This document shows, piece by piece, positions 10,370 to 19,976 of a stretch of 64,000 nucleotides of DNA. How positions within the stretch are numbered: the stretch's first letter is position 1; each line of letters starts with the position of its first letter. The DNA is taken from the NCBI GenBank assembly GCA_963698885.1, contig CAVOSJ010000002.1, positions 369,169 through 433,168 of the forward strand, read 5' to 3'. The DNA is from Nitrospirota bacterium. Lineage in GTDB: Bacteria; Nitrospirota; JACRHJ01. The translations under genes were made by a program, and so were the position numbers. Below the pieces are notes generated by a model. It did no database searches, was not told where the DNA came from, and saw only the letters and a list, made by a program, of their open reading frames with translations.

Positions 10370-10543
10370 ATGTCCATGAAATGGCTGGTCAGCGAACGTT
10401 GCAAAGGCTGCCCAAAGTGCGGGCCGATGGGCGCACGGGACCTCTACGGGCTCGGCCCGGGGGTGTATCCGGCGGACAGGTTCCCCAAGGAGCCGGCGCA
10501 CTTCGGCTGCAACTGCTCAAAGATAGTTCTGCCTGCCTGAACG
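10370..10543 (+). CDS. Small Cys-rich protein (58 aa), hypothetical
   Basis: GGGAGG RBS 5 nt upstream of ATG. Sequence MSMKWLVSERCKGCPKCGP...HFGCNCSKIVLPA. Below the ORF-track length cutoff; a longer overlapping frame (10381-10656) has no RBS. Confidence 0.35.
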
Positions 10544-11011
10544 GCTTCCGGAATGTCGATACCCGGCCCATGCCGCCTCCGAGTCCCCGGACTCGATTTT
10601 TCTGGCCTGCGGCCTGTAACGTAATCAGCGGGACCAATTTCCCCCCGTGCTATTAATAGCCCCTCCCGCTTTGCGTCGGAACCCGCCGCTAATTAATCTC
10701 TTTTTCATATATAAATGGCTTATTCGACGATTACTCGTCGGGTATCAATTTGAGCCGTTTTTACGACGTCAGGGGCGGTTTACGAGGGGTTAGAGAGGGG
10801 TTTACGAGCTATAGTTTTTTAAAGGGGAGGACTAAGGTTTTATCCTTATTAAACAAATCGTTACACCGCATATTTTCCTTTTTTCAGCGGCATGAAAATC
10901 CACGTATCGACACTTGCAAGTAATTGAAAAATATATGTTCTCTTTCGCCTCCTCGCGGAGTTTCCGCGTCCGGGCAGGCATTAATTAAAGAGTTATTTAT
11001 TCGTAAAGTAT

Positions 11012-11656
11012 TCATCTCCTCCACTGCCCTTGCGGCTCTTCCACCTGGAACGCGAAATCGCGGCTATCCCCGGCGCTGTCAGTCTCCACTATCGTCGTCA
11101 CCCTGTACCTGCCGGGCCTTGCGTTTTCAGGGATTTTCAGGGGCATGGAGCTTGTCCATGTCCCGCCTTCCCGGCGAATGGTTACCTCCGGCTTGCCGAT
11201 TATTTCCCCGGCGTCATTTCTCACTTCCCGGACCTCGTGGACCAATGCCAGGCGCCTGTACGGCGTGAGCACGGTAAATGTCGAAACAAGATTTACCGTA
11301 TCCCCCGGCACAACCGTCTTCGGGCTTGCGTATGCGTCCTCAATGCGTACAAGGTCCTGGCGCGCCTGCCCTTCGTTATAACTGTATTGCCTTGCCGCCA
11401 GCTCCTCGGAGCGCTGGAGGTGGTACTCGTTGTTGCCTATGGACGCGCCCGCTAACCCCCCGAATATGCTTCCGATTACCGCGCCTTCTCCGGCCCGGCC
11501 GCCAAAACTTCCGAGGATCGCGCCCAAAGCCGCTCCCGTTACCACCCCAATGCCCGTCCCGGTCGCGGTATATTCCGATTGCCTTTCAGTGGCGCATGCG
11601 CTAAAGAGAAATATAACGGCAACCACAGCGGCAGTCCCTGCGATGGTCTTCCTCAT
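11012..11656 (-). CDS. Glycine-zipper outer-membrane lipoprotein (17-kDa antigen-like) with C-terminal beta-rich domain
   Basis: Start trimmed to MRKTIAGTAAVVAVIFLFSAC (lipobox). Gly-zipper GIGVVTGAALGAILGSFGGRAGEGAVIGSIFGGLAGASIG. Confidence 0.6.
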   Translation of the reverse strand: MRKTIAGTAAVVAVIFLFSACATERQSEYTATGTGIGVVTGAALGAILGSFGGRAGEGAVIGSIFGGLAGASIGNNEYHLQRSEELAARQYSYNEGQARQDLVRIEDAYASPKTVVPGDTVNLVSTFTVLTPYRRLALVHEVREVRNDAGEIIGKPEVTIRREGGTWTSSMPLKIPENARPGRYRVTTIVETDSAGDSRDFAFQVEEPQGQWRR

Positions 11657-11726
11657 GGAAATACCTCTTTTCAGAAATTCATTATGATTAAGTTTAACTA
11701 AGTTTAACGCGGAAGGAGCTTCCGGG

Positions 11727-12767
11727 TCAAGATGCGGGGGGATTGTCCCTGGGCGGTTCCATGTCCGGCGCGGAGGTCTCCTGGACATTTTCAGGGCCCG
11801 GCGGCACCGTGGTCGAGGCCGGTTGACTGGCGTCAGGGAGAAACGGCGCGGCGGGCTCAGAGGGCAGAGCGGCCCTGTCCGCGTAGTAGACGACGAAGCA
11901 AGAGCGGGCTATAAGTCCCACGTACATCTGGAGAATCAGCCCCAGAAGTACCAGAGGCAGGAACCCGACAGCCGCCGCGGGGCTGGTATCTTTAGTGATG
12001 TTGAAAGGCATCGTCACCAAGTTTGAGATAATATTAGCGAAAAATACCAGCACGAACATCAGGAGCGCGAAGAGAAGTGCGTCCCAGAAGTGCTTCTTTA
12101 TAAAGCGGTAGGAAGCCTGAAGGGAAGAGAATGCTCCGTGCCTCTCCCCGACCAGTATTATCCCGGAGAAGGCCCATCCCGCATACAGGAAAAACACAAG
12201 CAATAGACCGGACAGGATCAGCGCGAGGATAAAGGGCACGCCAATCGTAAAGGCCAGGATACTCTTTCCCGCCTCCTTCAGCGGGCTGAGTATCGCCTCA
12301 TAACCGATGGCGGCAATGGCGACAAAGACGAACAGCGTGAAAAGGGCGATAAGCCCCCATATTATATACAGTCCAAGCATCGCCCATACCGAGCGGCCGC
12401 CGGTGGTGAAGAACTCCTTCGCGGTGAAGCCTCTGGCCTCTTTCCGCGCTGTCTGGATTATGCAGCCGAGGTTCCCGGAATGCACGAATGCGGTGATAAA
12501 AGCCGCAAGGAGCGCAAATAAAACGGCGAATAAGACGCCGGCGCCGATGAGGGTGAAGGACGTCTGCAAAAGTGCCGACAGGTTGTCCACGGAAAGCGTC
12601 TGAAGGCCCAGTTTAGGGATGGAGCCCAGCGCCATGAACACGAGTATCACCGCGAGCAGGAAGAATATGAACAGCATGATAAGCCCCGCCAGGAACTGCG
12701 TAAGCAGAACTGCAAGGTTCCTGTTCGCCGCCCTGAAACCCTCCTTTATGACATCGAAATATCTCAT
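11727..12767 (-). CDS. Polytopic membrane protein of unknown function with Pro-rich C-terminal tail
   Basis: 346 aa, ~7 predicted TM helices, no recognisable catalytic motif. Forms an operon with the downstream lipoprotein gene (4-nt overlap). Confidence 0.55.
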   Translation of the reverse strand: MRYFDVIKEGFRAANRNLAVLLTQFLAGLIMLFIFFLLAVILVFMALGSIPKLGLQTLSVDNLSALLQTSFTLIGAGVLFAVLFALLAAFITAFVHSGNLGCIIQTARKEARGFTAKEFFTTGGRSVWAMLGLYIIWGLIALFTLFVFVAIAAIGYEAILSPLKEAGKSILAFTIGVPFILALILSGLLLVFFLYAGWAFSGIILVGERHGAFSSLQASYRFIKKHFWDALLFALLMFVLVFFANIISNLVTMPFNITKDTSPAAAVGFLPLVLLGLILQMYVGLIARSCFVVYYADRAALPSEPAAPFLPDASQPASTTVPPGPENVQETSAPDMEPPRDNPPAS

Positions 12768-13090
12768 TCCTCTCCCGACCGTCCGGCCCTCGGGCCTGCA
12801 GTCTTCAGTCTTCTGTTAAGCGCCCTGTCCGCCGTAAGTATTTCGTCAACGTTACTGCCGTCTATCTCCCATGCATATTCGCCGTCTTTATCACGCTTCA
12901 GCTTTATCTTCAGCTCTTCGTTTTTCTTCCTGGCTGACATTATTTTGCCGGATACCGCTTCGGACGGCTCCGCTTTTATAGCCTCGAGCTTTGCTGGAGC
13001 GACAGAGGCCTGCTTATCGCACGCGCTTAAGGCCGTTACCGGCATAAGGGCGGCAAAGAACATTATTAAAATGTATGACTTAGCCCGCAT
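12764..13090 (-). CDS. Small lipoprotein, hypothetical
   Basis: Start trimmed to MRAKSYILIMFFAALMPVTALSAC (lipobox LSAC). Charged coiled-coil-like remainder. Confidence 0.5.
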   Translation of the reverse strand: MRAKSYILIMFFAALMPVTALSACDKQASVAPAKLEAIKAEPSEAVSGKIMSARKKNEELKIKLKRDKDGEYAWEIDGSNVDEILTADRALNRRLKTAGPRAGRSGEE

Positions 13091-13239
13091 TGTGTATGAC
13101 TTCTCCTTGGTGCGACATATCCGATAAAGATAATCTTGAGCGTCGGATTTGTCAATAATTTTCTTTTGCGATAGGGACTTATACCATTGACAAAAGGGCC
13201 GCAATGATATGATAATTAACACAGGCCAAAAGGACTCCG

Positions 13240-14280
13240 TTGAAACGAAACAATAAAATAACTATCGTCCTCATAATTGCCGCCATAATAGGCATCGCGG
13301 CCTATATCTTCCTTTATTCCGAAAGGGAGAAAGGGCCGGAGTCCGTCCGGACGACCGGAGCGGTGGAGGGGATAGAGACCAATATTTCCTCCAAGATCGC
13401 CGGGCGTATCACGTTTATCGGGGTTCGCGAAGGGGACGCGGTTAAAAAAGGCCAGCTCGTAGCCCGGATAGAGAACGAGGACCTCCAGGCGGCGCTTAAG
13501 GCGAGCCAGTCCGCTCTCCGTGCGGAGGAGCTTACGCAGACGTCGCTCGGGCAGGTGGTGGCAAACGCCGCCGACCAGGTAAAGGTGGAGCGGGCGGACG
13601 TGGAGAACCAGATCGCCCAGGCGCGCCGGGCACAGTCCCAGCTTGCCTTGGCGGAACTGAACCTCTCCCGCGAAAAAGAGCTGTATAAAAAGGGGATAGT
13701 GGCAAAAGCGGACCTGGATAACGCCCAGACGGCCCGCGATTCCGCAAAGGCGGATGTCGATGCGGCGGGCGCGTCGATAAACCTTGCGAAGTCCAAGCTC
13801 GCTGCGAACAAAGCGGGTCTTGACAAGGCGAAGGAGGACGTGGCGACTCAAAGGGCGCGCGTGAGCCAGGCGGGCGATAACGTAAAGTTAAGCGAGGCGC
13901 AGCTTTCATACTCCGATATATTCGCGCCGTCGGACGGTGTGGTGGAATACCGGCCAGTGGAAGAGGGCGAGGTCGTCGCGCCGGGGACGAGCATCCTGAC
14001 GGTCGTGGACCCCAGTATCCTCTGGGTGCGGTTTGACCTGGAGCAGAGGTTCATAACGAAGGTGCGCGTGGGGACAAAGGCGCGCGTATGGCTGGAGCAC
14101 CATCCGGATATGGTTTTCGACGCAGTGGTATTCGACGTAGGGCGCGAGGGCGAGTTCGCGGTAGAGAGAGACGTCACCCGCGGCCGCCAGGACATCAAGA
14201 CCTTCCGCACGAGGATAAAAATTAACGACCCGAAAGGGATACTCAAGCCCGGCATGACGGTGATGGTGGAGATACCGTGA
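13240..14280 (+). CDS. HlyD-family periplasmic adaptor (membrane fusion protein) of an ABC-type exporter
   Basis: N-terminal TM anchor, long coiled-coil (QAALKASQSALRAEE...), C-terminal beta-barrel motifs (GMTVMVEIP). Followed by ABC ATPase and ABC-2 permease genes. Confidence 0.8.
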   Translation: MKRNNKITIVLIIAAIIGIAAYIFLYSEREKGPESVRTTGAVEGIETNISSKIAGRITFIGVREGDAVKKGQLVARIENEDLQAALKASQSALRAEELTQTSLGQVVANAADQVKVERADVENQIAQARRAQSQLALAELNLSREKELYKKGIVAKADLDNAQTARDSAKADVDAAGASINLAKSKLAANKAGLDKAKEDVATQRARVSQAGDNVKLSEAQLSYSDIFAPSDGVVEYRPVEEGEVVAPGTSILTVVDPSILWVRFDLEQRFITKVRVGTKARVWLEHHPDMVFDAVVFDVGREGEFAVERDVTRGRQDIKTFRTRIKINDPKGILKPGMTVMVEIP

Positions 14281-15266
14281 AACCAGAACTTTCTATAATA
14301 ATCCCTCAATACAAGACCGAACAGTTCATCCGTTTGTGCTTGAGATCCTTGCGAAAATATTCTCGCAATCCTATACAGGTCATAGTTGTCGATAATAACT
14401 CATGCGATGGCTCGATCGACTATTTAAGAAGCGTCCCCTGGATTGACCTGATAGAGAACAAAAGTGATTTAGTCGGTATACGGGCACACAGGGAAGCCAT
14501 TGATTTAGGAGTTGAAAAGGCACGGGGAGACTGGATATGTCTTTTTCATAGTGACACAATAGTTTTAAAAGAGGCATGGGACGTGTCTCTTCTTGAAATT
14601 ATAAAAAAAGGAGGCGCGGTCGGCCTTTCTACTTATATTCGAGACGTAAATCAATTTGAAAATTTTTTTATTAAATGTTCGAGAAGGTTTTGCGAATTTA
14701 GGACTGGCATCAAAAGAAAAATCAACCCAAACAAGGGCAAAGATAAAATAATGTCTTATTGTTTCTTCATTAAAAGGACTATTTTATCGAACTCCGGTTT
14801 CGTTTTTTCTAAAGAAAAGATGGACGTAGGCTCGGAGTTATATCATGAGCATATTAAAGATAAGTATCCTTTCGTAATATTGGGATATAGAAAGCTGTCG
14901 CCTTTTTTTTGGCATACAAGTAATGTAACATCGATCATTACAGGACAGCTTGCTGGACAAAAGGATGTAAACAAATATAAAAAAGGGAAAAAAAAAAACA
15001 AAAAAACAAAAAAAAATTTGGGAGACAAAAAAGAGCTGGAGACCGAGGCGCGCAAGCTGGAGAAGGAGCGGGACATGTACCGCGCGAAGGACCCGTACTT
15101 CGACCTGGGCGAGGCGCTCCTGCAGATAGCAATCGTGCTTGCTTCCATATCCATACTCGCGTCGTCCGGTCCGGTATTCATCGGCTCGCTGGTCTCGGCG
15201 GTATTGGGGACGTTCCTTATGGTGAACGGTTATTTCATGTTTTTAAGTATTCCATTTTTTCATTAA
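14277..15266 (+). CDS. Chimeric ORF: low-GC GT2 glycosyltransferase N-domain fused in frame to a high-GC C-terminal 2-TM segment
   Basis: GT2 motifs SIIIPQYKTEQF and VIVVDNNSCDGS. DNA ~14285-15030 is ~38% GC against ~62% in the flanks. Poly-A/Lys tract at 14990-15020. Confidence 0.5.
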   Translation: MKPELSIIIPQYKTEQFIRLCLRSLRKYSRNPIQVIVVDNNSCDGSIDYLRSVPWIDLIENKSDLVGIRAHREAIDLGVEKARGDWICLFHSDTIVLKEAWDVSLLEIIKKGGAVGLSTYIRDVNQFENFFIKCSRRFCEFRTGIKRKINPNKGKDKIMSYCFFIKRTILSNSGFVFSKEKMDVGSELYHEHIKDKYPFVILGYRKLSPFFWHTSNVTSIITGQLAGQKDVNKYKKGKKKNKKTKKNLGDKKELETEARKLEKERDMYRAKDPYFDLGEALLQIAIVLASISILASSGPVFIGSLVSAVLGTFLMVNGYFMFLSIPFFH

Positions 15267-15284
15267 TCCGCGGTTACAAACCTA

Positions 15285-16290
15285 ATGCCTTCAGCAGTTG
15301 AGACTTTTGACATCCGTAAAAACTTCGGCGAACTGACTGCGGTCAAAGGCATCAGCATCCAGATTAACGAGGGCGAGTTCTTCGGGTTCCTGGGGCCGAA
15401 CGGCGCGGGAAAAAGTACGCTGATACGGATGCTGACGACGGTCCTGAAGCCCACTTCCGGTACGGCGAAGGTAGGGGGCTATGACATAATAAAGGAGCCG
15501 GATGATGGTGCGCCGCTCCATCGGCGTCGTCACGCAGAACATGGCCTCCGACCTGGACTTGACCGCCCGCGAGAACATGGACATTTTCGGGAAGTTCTAC
15601 GAGGTGCCCAAAAAAATCCGGCAGGAGAGGGTTGAGGAACTGCTGGAGCGGGTGGGCCTGACGAAGAAGGCGGACGAACTGGCCGCGACTTTCTCCGGCG
15701 GGATGAGGCGCAGGCTCGACATAGCGCGCGTGCTGGTGCACAGGCCCGCGATGCTTTTTCTTGACGAGCCGACGTCCGGCCTGGACCCGCAGAGCCGCCG
15801 CGTAGTGTGGGAAATGCTCCAGGGCTTCATGAAAGACTACAACATGACTGTCTTCCTCACTACGCACTACATGGACGAAGCGGAGTCGCTCTGCACGCGC
15901 GTCGCCATCATCGACTACGGGAGCATAATAACGATGGGGACGCCGGACGAACTGAAGGCGGGGATACCGGGTAACGACATCGTGGTAATGACTCTATCCG
16001 GAGACCCGGAGAAGGTGCGGGGGCTGGCGGAGGCGGAAGGCTACGTGCATAAGGCCCAGCTTGAGGATAACGACTTGCGCTGTTTTGTGGATAGCGGAAG
16101 TGAAAACGCGCCGAGGCTTATGAAGCTTGCCACGGAGGCGGGCGCGAAAGTTAAAGCCGTCTCCATAAAAAACCTCTCGCTGGAGGACGTTTTTATCCAT
16201 TACACCGGCCGCTCCATACGCGAGGAAGAGTCGAAGAAGGTGAACCTGTTCCTGGGCGCGGGCGTGCCGTCTAAACTGGGGAGGGGCTGA
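15285..16290 (+). CDS. ABC transporter ATP-binding protein, apparent frameshift near 15500
   Basis: Walker A GPNGAGKST in ORF 15285-15635. ABC signature FSGGMRRR, Walker B LLFLDEPTSGLD and H-loop in ORF 15502-16290 in another frame. Confidence 0.8.
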
Positions 16291-17405
16291 TGCGCCGGGT
16301 TTACGCGGTACTCGAGCGCGATATCCGCAAGTTCTCCCGGAACCCGGTCATCATGGTTATGGCCGTGGTCATGCCTATAGCGTACCTCATCATCCTCGGC
16401 AACTCCTTTCAAGGGAAGCTGAAGGGCCTGCCGGTGGCAGTGGTGAACCAGGACGACGGCTACTGGGGCCAAAGGCTGGACGAACGCTTGAAGGCAGTGA
16501 CGATCGGACCCAAGACGGTGACGATAACGTATCTGTCCGACCAGGGCGCGGCGGTGGACGGGGTGCGGGAAGGAAAATATAAAGGGGCGATAATCGTGCC
16601 CCCGGATTTCTCGCGCAGGATGGCGCTCGGCACGGGGCCGGAGGTCGGCATATTCGTGGACAACACGGACCAGATATCCGAGGGCGCCCTGACTGACGCG
16701 CTGACCCAGGCGGTGAACTCTATCCGCGAGACGCATGTGCCGATCCGTCCGGACAGGACGGTCGTGCAGGCCAGGCGGGTGGAGCTGTACAAGCAGGTGG
16801 ACTACGACCAGTCGCTGGTGCCTGGCGTCGTCGTGATGGCGATGTTCATGGGGACGATGATAACCGGCGTATTCAACCTGGTGATGGACCGGTTCCTGGG
16901 CGTGGACGAGGCGATACTGATGACCCCCGTGACGAAGATGGACATTGTCGGGGGCCTTGTAATCTCAGGGTTTGTAATCACGCTCATCATGGCTACGACG
17001 GTTTATATCGTCAGCGCATTGATAACCGGCATAACGATATTCGGCGGCGTCCTGAGGTTCATGGGAATACTCTCCGTGCTCGCGCTGACCACGCTGGGGC
17101 TTTTAAGCATGATGTTCCTGATGCTTGGCCGGGCGAACCATCCCAGGATAGTCGGAGTGTTTTCCGGGTTTATGAACGTGATATTCTTTTTCCCGTCGGG
17201 CGCGGTATATCCGGTGCAGAGTTTCCCCCGGTGGCTTCAGGTATTCGCGAAGGTGAACCCGGAATACTATGCCGTCCATGCGCTCAAGAGTATAATGTTT
17301 AAAGGAAACCTGCTGTCCGCCGTTTACGGCGACATTTTGTTCCTGTTTTGTTTTTTATGCGTTATGATGTCGCTGGCGGTGGTGACATTCAAAAGAACAT
17401 TATGA
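16290..17405 (+). CDS. ABC-2 family transporter permease
   Basis: 371 aa. N-terminal TM, large periplasmic loop, then 5 TM helices typical of ABC-2. Start overlaps the ATPase stop. Confidence 0.8.
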   Translation: MRRVYAVLERDIRKFSRNPVIMVMAVVMPIAYLIILGNSFQGKLKGLPVAVVNQDDGYWGQRLDERLKAVTIGPKTVTITYLSDQGAAVDGVREGKYKGAIIVPPDFSRRMALGTGPEVGIFVDNTDQISEGALTDALTQAVNSIRETHVPIRPDRTVVQARRVELYKQVDYDQSLVPGVVVMAMFMGTMITGVFNLVMDRFLGVDEAILMTPVTKMDIVGGLVISGFVITLIMATTVYIVSALITGITIFGGVLRFMGILSVLALTTLGLLSMMFLMLGRANHPRIVGVFSGFMNVIFFFPSGAVYPVQSFPRWLQVFAKVNPEYYAVHALKSIMFKGNLLSAVYGDILFLFCFLCVMMSLAVVTFKRTL

Positions 17406-17419
17406 AAGGAGAGTAATAG

Positions 17420-17959
17420 ATGCCATTCGATATCGTGGTGCTGGATGAAAGTTTCAAGTTTATCGGCGAGGTCCGCTTAGACCCGGGAGTCCACGGGATG
17501 CTCTGGCGCAAGATCGTGACACTGGAGGACTACCCGAACCTTGGAAAGGCCAGGGACGACAAAGAGGACGTAATCTTCGCGCCGGAAGAGGTGCCGGCGT
17601 TAATCCGGGAAGTAGAGAAACTGGAGGAGTACGTCGCCGGCGATAAGTTGATGTCGGAGGATGTGAAGGGAAAATGCCTGACGTTCGTCAGAAAGCTTAA
17701 AGAGCTTTGCCTTATCGCCGCAGAAGCAGAAGAGGAGCGTGGATTTCGTTTCGGGGGATTAGGCGGCTTTAGCGAGCGCCTTTTTAAGCTCTTCCGGGTC
17801 TTCGATAGGCGCGGCGCACGTGAAGCCTTTGCACAGATATGCCGCGGCCTTGCCGGCTGCTTTATAGCCCCGCCCGGCAATCTCGGCCTCGTCGCGCCCG
17901 AAGTCCATCAGCCGGATTACGCGCCTCGGGATAAAAGATTTTCCAGCGGCATCGGCTAA
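17420..17959 (+). CDS. Hypothetical protein; 3' ~200 nt overlap the convergent YyaL gene
   Basis: AAGGAG RBS before the ATG. The N-terminal ~110 aa look protein-like. The C-terminal part overlaps the minus-strand gene and may stem from a frameshift. Confidence 0.35.
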   Translation: MPFDIVVLDESFKFIGEVRLDPGVHGMLWRKIVTLEDYPNLGKARDDKEDVIFAPEEVPALIREVEKLEEYVAGDKLMSEDVKGKCLTFVRKLKELCLIAAEAEEERGFRFGGLGGFSERLFKLFRVFDRRGAREAFAQICRGLAGCFIAPPGNLGLVAPEVHQPDYAPRDKRFSSGIG

Positions 17960-19501
17960 GGCAGTCATATCGGGGTTCCCGGACTTGCCCGTGATATATA
18001 GTTCCAGCGCGGGCTGAATAAAGAAGTCGGATGCTAAAGCATAGTTGGCAGCCATATAGGAAAATTGTCTAAAACTCTCCGCGAAAGGCAGGAGGCAGGC
18101 TTCAGCCATCTTCAGGAACCGTTCCGTACCCGTCAGCACCCAGAGCGTCTTTAACGATACCGACATCTCCGAGTTCTCCGCCATCGGCTTCGCCCGGTCG
18201 GCCAGTGCACCCACTGCTTCATGGTCCTCCGGCAGGTCGAAAAACCCTTCGAATTCCGTGTCCCAGTGAGTCCTCTCCAGATAGTCGATGAAGAGCATCG
18301 CCTCAAGAATACGTTTTTCCTCGCCCGTAAGCTGGTACATGTAAAGGAGCGTCTTTATCGCGGCGGAGCAGTCTTGCAGAAGCCCCGGCCTCCGCGGGTA
18401 TTCGTCAATGTAATGGTATAGGCCGCCGTCCGGCGTTTTCATCTTCGAAAGGACGTAATCCACCGCACTCTCTGCCCGCTCCCTGTAGCGTATCTCGCCC
18501 AGCGTCTCCCATGCCGAAAGGAACGCGTAAGCCGCCTTCATGTTCAGGTTCGTATACAGGGTATGGTCCACATAGGGCGGCGTCCTCAATAGCCTTTCCG
18601 CAAGCGTCAGGCCATAGTATTCCTCGTCCGCGTCCTGGCTCCCGCAGAAGTAGCCGTCCTTGTCCCAGAGCCATTCCTCCACGTATTTCAGCGTATCCTC
18701 GGCAACCGTTTTCCACTTCTCGTTGCCCGTCAGCCGGAACGCGTTCAGATAATTTACGATCAGGGCCGCATTGGATTCCGTCATCTTCTCGAAATGCGGC
18801 ACAGTCCAGTCACGCGTCACCGAATACCTGAAGAACCCTCCCATGACGTGGTCATACATCCCGTGGGAGGACATCCCTTCGAGCGTCTTTTCGGCCATAT
18901 CGAGGTATTCTTTATTGCCCGTGTCCCTGTATGAGACAAGGAGCAGGTCGTTTGCATCCGCCATCGGGAACTTCGGCTCCGTCCCGAAACCGCCGTGGAC
19001 AGGCTCGAACTCCTTCTCTATCTCCTGAAGGACTTCCGCCGCCGCGCCCACGGACAGCGCGTCCGGTCTCTGCCGGCGACAGGCCAGAAGCTCCGTACGC
19101 TTTCCCTCCCGGACCTGGGCCGCCCTCTCCATCACGCGGCCTTTGTTCTCCTGATAGAACCTGTCCACCTCCTCCAGCGTCTCCAGGAGCTTATCCGGCG
19201 GCATGTACGTCGCGCCCAGGAGGACCTCGCCGGTCGGCGTCAGTATGGCCGTGGTAGGCCAGCCGCCCATGTTGTAGCGCTCGTTGACGTCCGGCATCTT
19301 GTCCGTATCCACGCGCACGGGAACATAGCGCATATTTATTATCGCGGAGGTATTTTTATCCGAGTAAGAAGTCTCGTCCATGACGTGGCACCAGTGGCAC
19401 CAGACGGCGGAGATATCCAGAAGGACAAGCTTCCCCTCACGCTCCGCCTCCGCGAACGCTTCACTGCCCCACTCGCGCCACTTGACTAAGTTAGGATGCA
19501 T
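17759..19501 (-). CDS. Thioredoxin-domain protein of the YyaL/DUF255 family
   Basis: N-terminal thioredoxin-like CHWCHVM motif and GGWP. Long alpha-helical C-terminal domain ending ...CKGFTCAAP. Confidence 0.85.
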   Translation of the reverse strand: MHPNLVKWREWGSEAFAEAEREGKLVLLDISAVWCHWCHVMDETSYSDKNTSAIINMRYVPVRVDTDKMPDVNERYNMGGWPTTAILTPTGEVLLGATYMPPDKLLETLEEVDRFYQENKGRVMERAAQVREGKRTELLACRRQRPDALSVGAAAEVLQEIEKEFEPVHGGFGTEPKFPMADANDLLLVSYRDTGNKEYLDMAEKTLEGMSSHGMYDHVMGGFFRYSVTRDWTVPHFEKMTESNAALIVNYLNAFRLTGNEKWKTVAEDTLKYVEEWLWDKDGYFCGSQDADEEYYGLTLAERLLRTPPYVDHTLYTNLNMKAAYAFLSAWETLGEIRYRERAESAVDYVLSKMKTPDGGLYHYIDEYPRRPGLLQDCSAAIKTLLYMYQLTGEEKRILEAMLFIDYLERTHWDTEFEGFFDLPEDHEAVGALADRAKPMAENSEMSVSLKTLWVLTGTERFLKMAEACLLPFAESFRQFSYMAANYALASDFFIQPALELYITGKSGNPDMTALADAAGKSFIPRRVIRLMDFGRDEAEIAGRGYKAAGKAAAYLCKGFTCAAPIEDPEELKKALAKAA

Positions 19502-19699
19502 CTATTGCTCGTAAGCAAGTACCCGGATGACCCCCTGGGTCTCGCCTTCCTCGGCTGTCAAGACCGCGTCGCTCACGGAGATAACCTTCGTTATCTTGTT
19601 GTCCTGGATGAACTTGTTAACTTCGTCGTCCAGGGCATGCAGCTCGCGCTGGGTCTCGAATATCTTAAGGACCTGGCCGAACGTCTTAACCTTTATCAT
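19502..19699 (-). CDS. Small hypothetical protein (65 aa)
   Basis: ORF abutting the YyaL start (stop/start adjacent), same strand. No recognisable motif. Confidence 0.4.
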   Translation of the reverse strand: MIKVKTFGQVLKIFETQRELHALDDEVNKFIQDNKITKVISVSDAVLTAEEGETQGVIRVLAYEQ

Positions 19700-19701
19700 T
19701 T

Positions 19702-19896
19702 TTAGTCCTCCTTCCAGGTGATAGCCTCGATCGGACAGGAATCTATCGCCTCCTGTATTACGTCCTCCGGGTCCCCCGTGGGGTTATAAACTTCCGCGAG
19801 GTCGTCGTTGTCCAGCTTTAACGTATTGGGGGCGATTTCCGTACAGAGCCCGCAGCTCGTGCAGAGCATTTTATCCACAACCGGCACTTTTGCCAT
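19702..19896 (-). CDS. Small [4Fe-4S] ferredoxin
   Basis: CTSCGLC...CP cysteine pattern in a 64-aa acidic protein. Confidence 0.7.
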   Translation of the reverse strand: MAKVPVVDKMLCTSCGLCTEIAPNTLKLDNDDLAEVYNPTGDPEDVIQEAIDSCPIEAITWKED

Positions 19897-19976
19897 TTTT
19901 CACCTCTCCTTGTTAGTCATAATCAAAGTATACCATCTCCCCGAACCTAAAGAAAATATTCCTGGAGCTGAAAATT

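Noticed and set aside
14990-15020. Poly-A/AAAAC tract as a possible repeat array or slippage site
   Set aside because: Single short homopolymer-rich stretch with no spacer/repeat structure. It encodes a Lys-rich linker within an open frame. Not CRISPR or VNTR-like.
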